A DNA stretch of 64,000 nucleotides, taken from the NCBI GenBank assembly GCA_963828525.1, contig CAWHEP010000002.1, forward strand, positions 512,001 to 576,000. Reading direction: 5' to 3'. This DNA is from an uncultured Verrucomicrobiae bacterium (GTDB lineage Bacteria; Verrucomicrobiota; Verrucomicrobiia; Chthoniobacterales; Chthoniobacteraceae). The translations under genes were made by a program, and so were the position numbers. The notes beneath the pieces were generated by a model. It searched no databases. It was not told the origin of the DNA and worked only from the letters and a program-made list of their open reading frames with translations. Below are positions 11,557-26,463 of the stretch, piece by piece (positions within the stretch are counted from its first letter, which is position 1; each line of letters opens with the position of its first letter).

Positions 11557-11903
11557 ATGTTTTATTACCTGTTTATTCCCATCGCCGATGCCGCCGCCGC
11601 TGCCGCGCCGCCGGCTTCAATCCCGGCCCGCTGGTCTATATGGGCTGCATCTTCGTCATCTTCTACTTCCTGGCCATCCGCCCGCAGAGCCAGAAGGCGA
11701 AGCAGCAGCAGGCGCTGGTGAATGCCGTCAAGACCGGCGACCGCATCATCACGGCCAGCGGCATCCACGGCATGGTCTCCAACGTCAAGGACACCACCGT
11801 CCTCCTGAAGGTGGCGGACAACGTGAAAATCGAGATCGAGAAATCGAGCCATCGGCACCGTTCTGAAACGCGACGAGGCCGAGACGCCCCGGTTTCCTCC
11901 TAG
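11557..11903 (+). CDS. yajC: Preprotein translocase subunit YajC (frameshifted)
   Basis: FYFLAIRPQSQK...GDRIITASGIHG; lies upstream of secDF. Confidence 0.9.
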
Positions 11904-12031
11904 ACTCCGGTCGCCGCTTCCTTCCCCCTCCCGCGATTATGAGTTTTTCCATTCCCTTTCTTACTCCGTTTCTTTTGGGCGATCTCGCCTCTCCCATGCC
12001 CTCGCCGCTCCCCGTGCGGCGCCTGCCGCTC

Positions 12032-14367
12032 ATGAGCCCCCACATCACTTTTCTCTTCGGCCTGCTGCTGCTGATTCTCTTCGGCTGCTATTTCGCCGCG
12101 GAGGCGCGCCGGAAGCGCATCCTGGGCAGCGTGCTCACGGTGCTGATGGTGGCCTTTTGTCTTTCGGCGTTCAATATCCACCTCGGTCTCGACCTGCAGG
12201 GCGGCACCTCCTTCGTGCTGCGCCTGAAGCCCGAGAAGGCCGCGCTGGACAAGGACACGGTCAGCCAGGCGGTGGAAGTGATCCGCAAGCGCGTGGATCA
12301 GATTCGGCGTCAGCGAGCCGGTCATCACGCCCGAGGGCAGCGGACCGCATCCGGGTGCAGATTCCCGGCCTGGAGACGGAGAATGATCGACGAGGTGCGC
12401 GAGCAGTTGAGGCGGGTGGCCAAGCTGGAATTCAAACTGGTGAATCCGCAGAGCGACCAATTGATCCCGGCGATCGAATCCGGCGCGGCAAGTCGTCCCC
12501 CCGGCTATGAGATCAAGACCCATGAGCGAGACGGGTGAGGACGGCAAAATGGTCACCATCGAAGCTTCTGGTCAAGAAGCACGGCGGACCTGGGCGGCCA
12601 GCATGTCACGCGCGCCCACGCCTTTTACGATACGCGCGGGTGGACGGCGTGGCGATGGATCTGGATAGCGAGGGCGGCACGCACTTTGGCAAGCTCACCG
12701 AGCAGGTCTTCAACGAGCACTCGCGGCTGGCCATCGTGCTGGATGGCGACGTGCAATCCGCGCCAAGCGTGAACGACGGTCCGATCTACAACGGCAGCGC
12801 GGTCATTACCGGGCATTTCACCGAGCAGGAAGCGCGGAATCTGGCCAGCGTGCTGCAAAACCCGCTGCAGACCCCGGTGGCGATCGAGGAGGAGCGGCAC
12901 ACTTCCGCCACCCTGGGCTCGGATTCGATCCGCAGCGGCATTTACGCGGGCATCGGGCGGCCTGGCTGCTGGTGCTGCTTTTCGTGGTGGTTTACTACCG
13001 CTTTGCCGGGCTGGTGGCGGTCGTCGGCCTGGTGGTGAATATCATCCTGCTCTTCGGCATCATGAGCATGTTCAACTTCGTGCTCACGCTGCCGGGCATC
13101 GCCGGCATCATCCTGACCATCGGCCTGGCGGTGGATGCGAACGTGCTCATCTACGAGCGGCTGCGCGAGGAAATGACCGCGGGCAAGTCGCTCGCCGGCG
13201 CGGTGGAATCGGCCTATAACAAGGCCTTCAGCGTCATCTTCGATGCGAACGCCACCACGCTCATCACGGCGGCCATCCTCTTCTGGCAGGCCTCGGGGCC
13301 GATCAAGGGCTTCGCGGTCACGCTCACCGTCGGCATTATCGCCTCCGTCTTTTCGGCCATGGTCGTCACGCGCACGCTCTTTGGCTGGGCGCTGCAGTTC
13401 GGCTGGATCAAGCGCATCACCATGCTGCATCTCATCAACCCGGAGAAGCAGATCGATTTCATGGGCCGCCGCCGCCTCTGGATCAGCATTTCGCTCGCGG
13501 TCATCCTGATTTCCATGGCCGGGTTCGCCTTGCGCGGCTCGCGGAATTTCGGCGTCGATTTCCTGGGGGGCGATCTGCTCACGCTCCAGCCTGCGCAGGA
13601 GGTGACGGTGGCGCAGGTGCGCGACGCGCTTGACCTCCCTGCCGTACGAAAATCGCTCGTCATCACGAAAGAGGTCAGAGGCGGGCAAGACGGGGCAGCC
13701 TTTCATCACCATCCGCAGCCCGAAGGATACGACCGTGCGAGATCGGGATATGCTGCAGAAGAACCTGCCGCAGGCGGACTTCACCATGGTCGGCGCACGA
13801 CACGGTGGGCAGCGTGGTGGGCGGGGAACTGGCGCGCACTTCGCTCTGGGCCTTCGGCCTGGCCGTGCGTCGGGATTTTGCTCTACGTGACGATCCGCTT
13901 CGAGCTTTCCTTCGCCATCGGCGCCTGGTGGCGCTGCTGCACGATGTGCTCATCACCGTGGGCGTGTTCGCCATCTGCGGCCATGAGCTTTCCCTCATCA
14001 TGGTGGGCGCGATCCTGACCATCGCCGGTTACTCGATCAACGACACCATCGTCGTCTACGACCGGATTCGCGAGGGCCTGCACAGCGGGCGGCGCGGCAC
14101 GCATCCAGGAGATCATGAATGCGTCGATCAACGAGACGCTTTCGCGCACGCTGCTGACCAGCGGTTGCACGCTGCTCTCCGTGCTGGCGCTCTTCCTCTT
14201 CGGCGGCGCGGTGCTGCGGGATTTCGCTTTCGCCATTTTGATCGGCGTGGTCGTCGGCACCTATTCCTCCATCTTCATCGCCTCGCCCATCGTGCTCTGG
14301 TGGAGCGGGCGCGGCGGCGTCCAGCCTGCAGGCCGAGGTCAAGCGCGCCCAGATCGCCGCTTACTAG
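12032..14367 (+). CDS. secDF: Fused protein translocase subunit SecDF (multiple frameshifts)
   Basis: LGLDLQGG, LTLPGIAGIILTIGLAVDANVLIYER, GVDFLGG, GYSINDTIVVYDRIRE, GTYSSIFIA. Confidence 0.95.
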
Positions 14368-14371
14368 GATT

Positions 14372-14455
14372 GTCCGCAGATTAGCGCAGATTGACGCAGA
14401 TTTCGGAGAGGGGCATGCGCTGCGCTCTCCTAGAAATCTGCGTTCATCTGCGGAC
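14372..14455. repeat. Palindromic repeat with CGCAGAT(T/G)-type 10-bp subunits, copy 1
   Basis: GTCCGCAGATTAGCGCAGATTGACGCAGA...AATCTGCGTTCATCTGCGGAC between convergent genes. Confidence 0.85.
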
Positions 14456-14485
14456 CTTCCCACAGATCGCCTGAGGCCTTCCGCA

Positions 14486-15930
14486 TCACGCCGCGACAGC
14501 GGTGGGTGCGGAATTTTGCTGGTTGGCCCCGGCGGCGGCGGCAGGCGGAGCGAAAAGGTGCTGCCCTAGCCGTGCTGGCTGCGGCAGGCACATCCCCACC
14601 CATGGCGTGGAGAGCATTTTCACGATGGAAAGGCCGAGACCGGTGGAGGATTCACCGCCGGTGGGCCGGGTGGAGAGCTTGGTGAATTTCTGGAAGAGTT
14701 TGGCCTGTTCCGCTTCGCTCAGGCCGGCGCCGTGGTCCTGCACTTCCCATACGAACGCGGCCGCTCCGCGCGGATGCGGACGAAGACTTCGCCGCCAGGC
14801 GGGCGAATATTTGATGGCGTTCGAGTACAGGTTATCGAGGAACTGGTAGCAGGCGTTCAAGTCGGCCACGACTTGCGAGGGCGCTTTCTCCGGTGCGGAC
14901 GGTGATGCCCTTCTTCTTCGCGGCCGCCGCGTAGCTGGCGACGACTTCCCGGCTCACGGCGCTTCAGCTCGCAGGGCGTGAGGTTGATAGGGAAATGGCC
15001 GTGCTCGATGGTGTTCACATCCAGCAATTGGGTGATGAGCGCGATCATCCGCTGGGCCGCCTCCAGGATGGGCCGGCGTCCTTGCGGCTGCGCTCCTCGG
15101 ATGCCGGACCCGGCTTCCGCGATCATCTCGGCAAAACCCATGACGATGCTGAGCGGATTCTTCAGATCGTGGGCGACCATGCCCAGGAATTCGTTCTTCT
15201 CGCGGTCTGCTTTTTCCAGTTGCCGGTTGGCAAAGGAAAGACTGTGTACGGCGCGCTCCATTTTCCCAAAAGCACGCCGGCGGCCGCCTTCGAAGATGAG
15301 CGCCGAGCACGCACATGAAGAGGGTGAGAGAGAGGTAGCCGGCGGCCGTCACGATCTCCTGCCAGCGGGAGCCGTAGAGCACGGGCATGGCGACGCCCTG
15401 CCAGTCCAAGCGCCACGAAGGCGCGGTCAGCAGCAGGCAGACAAGGCACCAGAGGAGGGAGTTGAGGCCATCCACCAGAAGGAGGGCGCAGAGCGGAATG
15501 GCGGCGAGCCAGGCGATGGCATGGCCGCGCACACCCCCCTCGATGGCGCAGAGCGAGGTGAAGCCCAGCAGGAGGACGAAGGTGAGCAGATTCCCGCAGA
15601 GGCGGGTGGAACGGGTGGCCCGCTGGAGGAAGGGGATGGCGGCCACGGCGGCGGTGCAGAGGAGGACGATGCCCGCTCCCCAGAAGTGCCCGATGGCGAC
15701 ATAAAAAGCGGCGAAAGCCGCCGCCGAAAAACATGCCCAAGAGGCCGAAACCGGCGATGAGCCTGCGCGCGGCGGTTTGATTCGGGCTCCAGCGCGGGCA
15801 CCCGCTGCCGGATGGCCCTTTCCCAAGCCAGCCGGAGGCGCTGCGTCATCCGTGCCATGCGGGTGGTACGCCACATCGTTTTTTCCCCGGCTTCCACCTC
15901 CATCGGGATGCTGGCCGCGCGCGGCGTCAT
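14486..15930 (-). CDS. Membrane sensor histidine kinase (frameshifted)
   Basis: Several TM segments; H-box EFLGMVAHDLKNPLS; NLYSNAIKYSP, DHGAG, GESSTGLGLSIVK. Confidence 0.85.
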
Positions 15931-16029
15931 TCAGAGCGGAGCCGGACACCGGCAGCAACTGAGGGGTTGATGCTCATGGTTACGAAATGATTCGAATACC
16001 GGCCCTGGCCCGCGGGCGCACTGCGGGGC

Positions 16030-17552
16030 TTAAAGCTCGAAGAAGGAAGCCAGCCGGGCCAGGAACCGGTCGGCGTATTCCTTCTCCTTTTCCACGATGC
16101 CATGTTTGCCGGCGGCAGAGGCCAGGGTGCCTTCGTTGGCCATGCGGCGCCGGGCTAGCATCTCGCTGAGATTTTGCATGAGCTGGGTGTTCTCCTGGAG
16201 CATGGGGGCAAGATGGGACTTGGCGATTTCCAGCACTTCGCAATCGGCCAGCGCCATGACCGTGGCGCTGCGGGTTTCCCCGGTGAGCAGCGACATCTCG
16301 CCGAAGTAGTCGCCCGGCTGCAGGGTGGCGACCGCGGCGGTTTCTCCCGTTTCTCCCGGCTGCCGCACGTGCACATCCGCGGTGCCGCGCACCAGCACGA
16401 ACATGGAATCGCCCTCCAGGCCTTGCTCTACGATTTTTTCCCCGCGCCCGAACAGCAGGAGGCAGGCGGAGCCGATGATGCGGCTGGCCTGCTCATCCGA
16501 GAGGCATTGGAAGAAAGGCTTGTGGCGAATGAGGGAGCGCGTCGCCTCCGGCAGGGTGTACTGCGCCGCGCGTTTGCGCTCGAGCTGCACGGTGCGGATG
16601 GGGAAGGGAATGCCGATGCCCGCGCGCTTCAGGCCGTACCAGATGTTCGTGCGCAGCGCATCGCTGATGTCGTTGTAGGCTGCGTGGTTATTCAGCCAGT
16701 ACTTGACCTCGTAGGTCACGGCGGAATCCGCGAAATTCGACGAGGTAAACCTTCGGCTCGGGGCTGCGCAGGACGCCCGCGGCTTCCAAGGCGGCCTGCA
16801 GCAGGATGCTTTTCACCTGATTCGGCGGGGCCTCGTAGACGATGCCCACCCGCATGCGCATGGCGTGCAGATGGCTCGGGTAGGAGAGATTGACGATGGT
16901 GCTGCGGACGATCTGCGTGTTCGGGACATCCAGGTAATGGTCGTCCTTGGTCCGCAGACGGGTGGAGCGCCAATTGACCTCGATGACCTCGGCGTGGTGG
17001 TTATCCAGGATGAGCCAGTCGCCGGCTTTGAAGGGCTTCCCCACTTGCAGGGAGACGCCGGAAATGACGTTCCCGAGCAAGTCCTGCATGGCCCAGCCGA
17101 TCACGCCGACCAGAACCGTGGAGGTGAGCTGGATCCCGGTGACGGGGATGCCATAAATGCCGTAGATGACGGCCAGGAGGGCGATGCAAAAAAGGAAGAC
17201 GGACGAGGACTTGCTGGAGGAACTTCGGGATGGCGATGCCGCGCCGCTCGGCAAAGTAATACTCCCAGAGGTAGCGGCGCAGGAGGGCGATGCCGAAGAG
17301 CACGCCCGTCAGCACCGCCACGGCATCCAGTTCCCGCCAGAGATCGAAGTTCGGCGGCCCCCAATCCAGGCCGACCAGGCGCAGGGGGATATAGAGCGCG
17401 AGCGAGAGCCCCAGGAGCTGGTAGGAAAGGCCGAGTCGCACCCCGGCGCGCCGTTTCAGAGTCCGGCCCAGCGCCACCGCCGCCAGGTAAATGACCGGCA
17501 CGGCCACGACCAGGGCCAGGACTTGCTCGGGAGTCGCGAGGAGATGCGGCAT
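16030..17552 (-). CDS. MscS-family channel fused to a C-terminal cyclic-nucleotide-binding domain (frameshifted)
   Basis: QDLLGNVISGVSLQVGKPFKAGDWL, INWRSTR-like VNWRSTR; cNMP motif GDYFGEMSLLTGETRSATV. Confidence 0.9.
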
Positions 17553-17610
17553 GGGGCGCGAGTCTAGGCGGGGGGCGGAGATTAGGCAACGCTCGGGCGG
17601 CGGCCCCGTT

Positions 17611-19823
<2,213 letters not shown>

Positions 19824-19860
19824 GCGGGCGACCCTACGGGTCCGAATTGAAATCAGAAAG

Positions 19861-21050
19861 ATGAAAAAGCGCGTCCTGATCTTCTCCGCCAGCGCCGGCA
19901 CCGGGCATGTAAAAGCCGCCGAGGCGCTGGCGAAAACCTTCGCCAAGGATCCCCGCGTGGATGCCGTGGAGCACCAGGATGCGCTCGTCTTCACGAACAA
20001 GCTCTTCCGCGATTTCTACTCGAAGCTCTACGTGCAGCTCATCCGCAGCGCCCCGCAGGTGCTCGGCTGGGTTTACAAAAGCAGCGACGAGCCGTGGAAG
20101 ACCGATCTCATGCGGCTGCGGCTGGATCGGCTCAGCGCCGGGCCGCTGGTGAAATTCGTGCGCAAGTTCCGCCCGGATATCACCGTCTGCACCCATTTCA
20201 TGCCGGCCGGGCATCATCTCGCACCTCATTTCGCGCGGGCTGCTCGATACGCACCTCTCCATCGTCGTGACCGACCTGGACATGCACGCCATGTGGCTCT
20301 CGCGCGTCTTTCACCGCTACTTCGTGGCCATCGAGGAGACGAAGGTGCATCTCGAGATGCTCGGCCTGCCGCCGGGGCGCATCACCGTCTCCGGCATCCC
20401 GGTGGACCCGGCCTTCGAGGCGCCGATCGACCGCGCCGCGGTGCGCGGCGCAGAACGGGCTGGATCCGGAGAAAACCACGCTGCTCATTTCCGCCGGGGC
20501 GCTGGGCGTCACGCCCGCGGAGTTCGTGGTGGCGCGCCTCATGCAGCTGCGCCACGACGTGCAGGCGGATGGTGGTCTGCGGGCGGAACGAGGAGCTGCG
20601 GACCAATCTGCAGAAAATGCTGGGGCCGCAGGCGCACCGCTTCAAGGTCCTCGGCTACACGGACCGGATGCATGAGTTGATGAAGGCTTCCGATCTGTTC
20701 ATCGGCAAACCGGGGGGCCTTACCACCGCCGAGGCGCTGGCCTCTTCGCTGCCCATGATGATCGTCGATCCCATCCCCGGCCAGGAGGAGCGGAACAGCG
20801 ATCACCTGCTGGAGAAAGGCTGCGCGCTGAAGGCGAACGAACTCACGACGCTGGCCTGGAAGATCGACCAGTTGCTGGACGATCCCGGCCGACTTGGAAG
20901 ACGATGCGCCGGAAGGCGGGCGAACTGGGCCGGCCCCACGCCGCGCGCACCGATCGTGGACACGCTGCTGAAGGACCAGCTCGACGCCCATGGAACTGAA
21001 TGAGGACCAGCGGGATGCAATCGCGCAGGCGGCGACGGGCGAAATGACGC
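19861..21050 (+). CDS. MGDG synthase/UgtP-like diacylglycerol glycosyltransferase (frameshifted)
   Basis: SAGTGHVKAA, CTHF, VVTD, KPGGLTTAEAL, PIPGQEERN. Confidence 0.85.
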
Positions 21051-22577
21051 GTGAACCCGTGAAGCCCGAACCGCCACCCTGCCTCTGCCGGCCGATTTCC
21101 TCTGGGGAGTCTCGACCTCCGCCTACCAAAGTGAAGGGGGCTTCAATGGCGCGGGCCAGCCCCGCACGAATTGGGCGCGCGCGGAGGAGAAACAGCACGT
21201 GGCCGCCCACCGGCCGGGCCGCCGATTTCTGGACGCGCTACGCGGAGGATTTCCGGCTCGTGCGCGGCCTGGGCCTGAATTCCTTCCGCCTGGGGATCGA
21301 GTGGAGCCGCGTGCAGCCCTCCCTGGCGCCCGGCGAAAGCCGGCCCTCCGCCCTTTCGATTTCGCGGCGCTGGAGCATTACGCGGAAATGTTGATCGCCT
21401 GCCGCGAGCAGGGACTGGAGCCGGTGCTTACGCTGCACCATTTCACGCACCCGGAATGGCTCGGGCCCGATCCCTGGCTGGATGCGGCGACGCCGGAGCT
21501 GTTCGAGCGCTTTGTCGCGCACAGCATGGAGTTTGTGAACGAGCGCCTCGTGGCGCGCGGGCCATGCCCCGGTGCGGATCGTCATCACGATCAACGAGCC
21601 GAACATGCTCGTCTTCAACAGCTACCTCGGAAGGCAGTTTCCCGTGCGAGGCGCAGCCGGGGCTGGCGTCGATCAGCAGCGCGATTAACGAACTGCTCTG
21701 CGCGCACGTGCGGGCTTATAATTGCCTGCACGACTTATACGCGGCCCGCGGCTGGCCGGCGCCGCTGGTGACTTATAATAACTACTGCAGCGACCTATAT
21801 TGGCTGGATAAGTTCCTGCCGGATTTGACTGCCGCCGCCGAGCGCGGCATCCCGCGCGCCGAGGTGGAGGAATATATCTGCCGGTGCCAGAAGAAATTCC
21901 AGGTGGCGCTGCGGGAAGCGCGCATCCCGTTGCGGCGGGACCTGCCCGCACTTTTCGGCGCTTTCATCAAAATTATGAGCAACGCCCTGGGGGGCGAATG
22001 GTTCAGCGCGGAGCGATTTGCGCCGGCGCTCGATGCCATCTACGGCTCGCCGCGCAGCCGCCTGCTCGATTTCATCGGGATCGATTATTACGACCCCTTC
22101 GCGGCCCATATTTTCCGCCTGCCGGTGTGGTGGGATCACGAAAGCCGCAGCCGCTCTTTTCATGACTGGATCATGAATTCCGTGACGGCGAAATGGTGGG
22201 ACTGGAACGTGCTGGCCAGCGGCCTGCGTTTTTTCTGCCAGCATTATGCGGCGGATTTCAACCGCCCCATCCTGATCGCGGAAAACGGGATGGCCTTGCG
22301 CCGCCGCCAGAACAACGAGCATTTCCCGCGACGCGACCGGCTGACGCGCAGTGAATTTCTGCGCGCTCACGTGCGCGAGGTGGAGCAACTGATCGCGGAA
22401 GGCGTGCCGGTCTTCGGCTACCTGTACTGGTCGCTCTTCGATAACTACGAGTGGGGTTCCTTCACCCCGCGCTTTGGGCTTTATTCGCTGGATTACACCA
22501 AAGGGACGGAGCGGCTGCCGGTCGATCCGCAGGGCGATTGCTGTCCTCACAGACTTACGCGCGAAGTTGGTGCGTGA
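21044..22577 (+). CDS. Glycoside hydrolase family 1 (frameshifted)
   Basis: RLGIEWSRV, TLHHFTHP, TINEP, IAENG, YWSLFDNYEWG. Confidence 0.9.
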
Positions 22578-22625
22578 GGCTCAGGGAGAAGACGCGCCGC
22601 ACGGAGGACTGGCCAGAGCGCGCTC

Positions 22626-23219
22626 TCAAGTATTGACGCTGCAGCCGTAGGGGCGGCTGGTCGGCACCGGACGGGTTTGCCGGCCATGGACTCTTCCAGG
22701 GAGGCCTTCACGTAATTGGTCGCGCCCGGGATATCCGCCGGGTCGGGCGTTGGCTTGTTATCAATGCCGCCCTGGTAAATCAGCTTGCCGCCGGGATTGA
22801 TGACGAACATGTGCGGAGTGGTCTTGGCTTCGTAGAGATGCCCCACTTTGCCATCCGGGTCGCGCAGGTATGCGGTCGGGTCGGCGTGGTCGTCCTTCAG
22901 GAATTTTTCGATCTGCCCGGCGGGATAGTCACCCTGGCGGCCCGCGGAGGCGGAATTGATGGTGAGCCAGACCACGCCCTTGGCCCGCTCCTCCTGCTGC
23001 AGCTTCGGCATGTTGCCGGAATCGTAGTGCTTGCGCACGAACGGGCAATCCGGGTTGTTCCATTCCAGCACGACGTACTTTCCCTTTGTAATCGGCCAGG
23101 GAATGCGGCTTGCCGCCCAAGTCATTCAGGGTGAAATCGGGGGCCGTATCGCCCGGTTGCGGGGCGGCGTAGAGAGTGAACGAGGCCAGCGAGAGGGCCA
23201 TGGTGAGGAGAGCTTTCAT
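22626..23219 (-). CDS. Exported thioredoxin-fold redoxin (AhpC/TSA-like)
   Basis: Signal peptide, APDFTL, VVLEWNNPDCPFV, TTPHMFVI, PYGCSV. Confidence 0.85.
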
Positions 23220-23296
23220 GATGAGTGGGTTCAGGTTAGACCGCTGGGCGGTCCATAAGTTCAAACGGCGCGAAATCGCCCTGCGGATGTCCCGCT

Positions 23297-25162
23297 TCAC
23301 TCTGCGGCCCCATTCAGGGCCTGGAGCACGATGTCTTTGGTGATGACCTCCGGCAGGACGGTCGGCCTTGCCCGCGGGGGAATAGACGACGTAGAGAGGC
23401 ACGCCGGCGCGGCCGAACTGGCGCAGGAATTTGCTGATCTCCTCGTCGCCATTCGTCCAGTCGGCCTTGAGCGGAATGACCCCTTTTTCGCGAAAGGCCT
23501 GCTGCACGGCCTCGCTGTTCGATGACCAGGCGCTCGTTCACCTTGCAATTCAGGCACCAGTCGGCGGTGAAATCCACGAACACGATCTTGTGCTGTCTGC
23601 AGGGCCTGCAGCAAGCCGGGGCGGGAATGGCTCCGGGCGGCTGGTGTATTGCTGGTAAAGCACCCAGGAGAGCCACGCCACAGTGCCGAGCAGCAGCACG
23701 CCCAGCCCCTGCTTCACGCGCACCATCCACATGCCGGGCTTGGGCAGGAAGCGCAGCCAGCCCGGCTTCACGGCCAGGATCGCGTAGGGCGTGCTCATCC
23801 CGGCCGCCACGGCGGCGAACATGGCAAAAACCGTGGGCGCAGGCTGGGCGAGGGCAAAGCCAAGCGCGGGCCCCAGAAAGGGCGCGGTGCAGGGCGTCGC
23901 CATGAGAGTGGCGAAGACGCCGTGCCAGAAGGTGCCCGCGTAGCCTTCGCGGCCGGACATTTCCTGCACCTGCGATTGCACCTGCCCGGGCAGCATGATT
24001 TCGAAGACGCCCGAGCAGATTCAGCGAGAAAAGAAGGAGGATCACCACCATCGCGGCCACGAAGGCGGGATGCTGGAACTGGAAGGCCCAGTTCAATTGG
24101 TGCCCCGCCAGTTTAAAACCGACCACCAGCGCCGCCAGCACGAAGAACCAGGCAAAAATGCCGCCGATAAAGGTAAAGCCGAGCGCGAGAATCCGCCGGG
24201 GCGATTCGCCCGCCTGGCGGATGAAGCCGAAAATCTTCAGGGCGATCACCGGCAGGACGCACGGCATGACATTCAGAATGAGTCCGCCCAGGAAAGCCGA
24301 GCCCCAGCCAGCCGAGCAGCGAACCGCCGGAACTCGCCGGCGCGGCGAAGGCCTGCCCGCCGCGCTCCCCAAGCTGCCAGCCCCCACGGCGGCTCCGTTC
24401 CGGAGAGCGACGACTCCGCCGATGGACTGCGCGGCCGCTTGCTCATCCAGAAGCGGAACGTGAACGACATTGCCCTGCGACTTTGGGATGGCCGATCTGG
24501 ACATCGCCGGGGAGGGGGAAAAACTCCGGCGTCGCGTCCGGAGCGCGAGCCTGTTCAAGCGTCAGCAGCAACTCCGCGCCCTTGCCGGCTCCAGGCGGCG
24601 GTAAAGGGAGGCGTCGCCCGTTTTCGGGAGGCGCGCCATGCGGCTTGCTGCGAAAAGGGCCGCATTCGCCGGGTGGCTGGCTGCGACCACGGGCAGAGTG
24701 AGCGAAAGATCGTCTTTGCCGGGGATGCAGATATCCTTGCACACCAGCCAGGAGGCATGGGCGCGGAGCGTGACAGACTGGCCGGCGGGAAGATTCGCCG
24801 GGACATGGATTTGCACCGGCAGGAGCACGTCGTTCAGGTAGCCGTAGATCAGGATATCCCCTGCCTCGGTGATGCTCTTCGGCACGGGCCACTCGATGGG
24901 GCCGGCGGTGACGCCCGGCGGCAGGGTCCACTCGAGGCGCGTCGGCACGCCGGCATCCCCGGCATATTGCCAGTAGGTATTCCACCCTGCCTCCTGTTTG
25001 AGGTGGAGGCCGACCGTCATGGTCTGCCCCGGCACCGCCCCATCGGCCGCGGCCAGGAGTTCCGCCTGCACGAGGTCTTTGCCGTGATTCATTTGCGCCG
25101 GTGCCCCAGGCGGGGAGCGCCGAGCAGGAGCGAGAAAAAGAGAAGCGGATGAGGCCGCGCAT
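23297..25162 (-). CDS. dsbD: DsbD/ScsB-like thiol:disulfide interchange protein (frameshifted)
   Basis: GWNTYWQYAGDAG, LVCKDICIP, GLILNVMPCVLPV, ATPCTAPF, VDFTADWCLNC. Confidence 0.9.
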
Positions 25163-25299
25163 AGGAAGGAAGGTACAGCGGAGATTCCCCCGCGCCAAGG
25201 TACTGTGGAAAGTAAGAGGCGGCGGCAGGCCGGAAATTCCCGGCATTTGCGCTGGGCGGAGCACATCCGGCCGTTCCTTAGCCTGTCCCCACCCGCACC

Positions 25300-26010
25300 A
25301 TGGATAACGACTACAAGGTCAAACTCGACATCTTCGAAGGGCCGCTCGATCTCCTGCTCTACCTCATCAAAAAGGATGAGATCGATATCTACGATATCCC
25401 CATCGAGCGGATCACCCGCCAGTACCTCGAATACCTGGACGCCTTCAAAATCCTCGACCTCGATATCGCGGGCGATTTCGTGGTGATGGCGGCGAACCTG
25501 ATCTACATCAAGAGCCGGAGCCTGCTGCCGAAGGACCAGCGCCCGCCGGAGGAGACCGCCGAGGAGGACGACCCGCGCTGGGAGCTGGTGCGCCAGCTCA
25601 TCGAGTACAAAAAATTCAAGGACGCGGCCGGCCATCTGCAACAGCGCGAACTGGCGCGCGAGGGGCTCTTCACGCGCGTGCCGGAGACGCCGGAATTTGC
25701 CGCCGAGCGCCCCCTGGCGGAGGTGAGCATCTTCGATTTGATCAACGCCTTCAACGGCGCCCTCAAGCGGCTGCACAAGCCGGAGGATCTGCGCGAGATC
25801 TTCCAGGAAAACTTCACCGTCTCCGACAAGATCGATCTCATCATGAAGATGACTTCGAGCGGGGTGCCGCTGCGTTTCTACGAGCTGTTCGCCGGCGTCG
25901 CCTCGCGCACGGAAGTGGTGGTGACTTTCCTCGCCGCTGCTGGAGCTGGTGCGGCTGAAGCAGATCAAGGCGCGCCAGTCCGAGGAGTTCGGCGAGATCG
26001 AGCTGGTGAG
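25300..26010 (+). CDS. scpA: Segregation and condensation protein A
   Basis: FEGPLDLLLYLIKK, IYDIPI, EDDPRWELVRQLIEYKKFK; frameshift near the C-terminus. Confidence 0.95.
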
Positions 26011-26046
26011 CTCGGAGACGCGGGTCTTGCTGAGCTGAAGAGGGGA

Positions 26047-26113
26047 AGATTAAGATTACGAATAAGATTAGGATTAAGAAGGCGGACGTTCCCGTCTTCT
26101 CTTACTCTTAATC
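26047..26113. repeat. Degenerate GATTA(A/G) hexamer repeat with an inverted partner
   Basis: agattaagattacgaataagattaggattaag ... cttactcttaatc. Confidence 0.6.
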
Positions 26114-26150
26114 GGACTCCCGATCTCGCTTCCTTTTCCGTCCCTTCGAG

Positions 26151-26240
26151 GAAACCATACAGTCCGGCTGGCCCTATTGTTGCCCCGTTCCCCCCGGACG
26201 TTGCAACGATCCCCTCCAGCCGGACTGTCCCTTTGGTTCT
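26151..26240. other. Long intergenic rod-like hairpin
   Basis: ACAGTCCGGCTGG (26159-26171) pairs with CCAGCCGGACTGT (26216-26228); inner and outer stems extend it. Confidence 0.7.
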
Positions 26241-26463
26241 TTTTCCGCGTCCGCATTCACGGACAATGCACCCTTTAGCACCCGCCATGCCAATCCTCTC
26301 CGCAGCGCGGATATTTCTCGATTTTCACAGAGAGAAAATGTTTTCGCGTGTCAGACAAACCCGGACATCGATGCCGCGCGAATTCTGGCGCGTTTTGCGC
26401 AGCCAGTGGGCAAGTTTAGCCGGTGCGAAATTTCGCAGAGTTCTGCTACGCGTCCGCGCTCCT

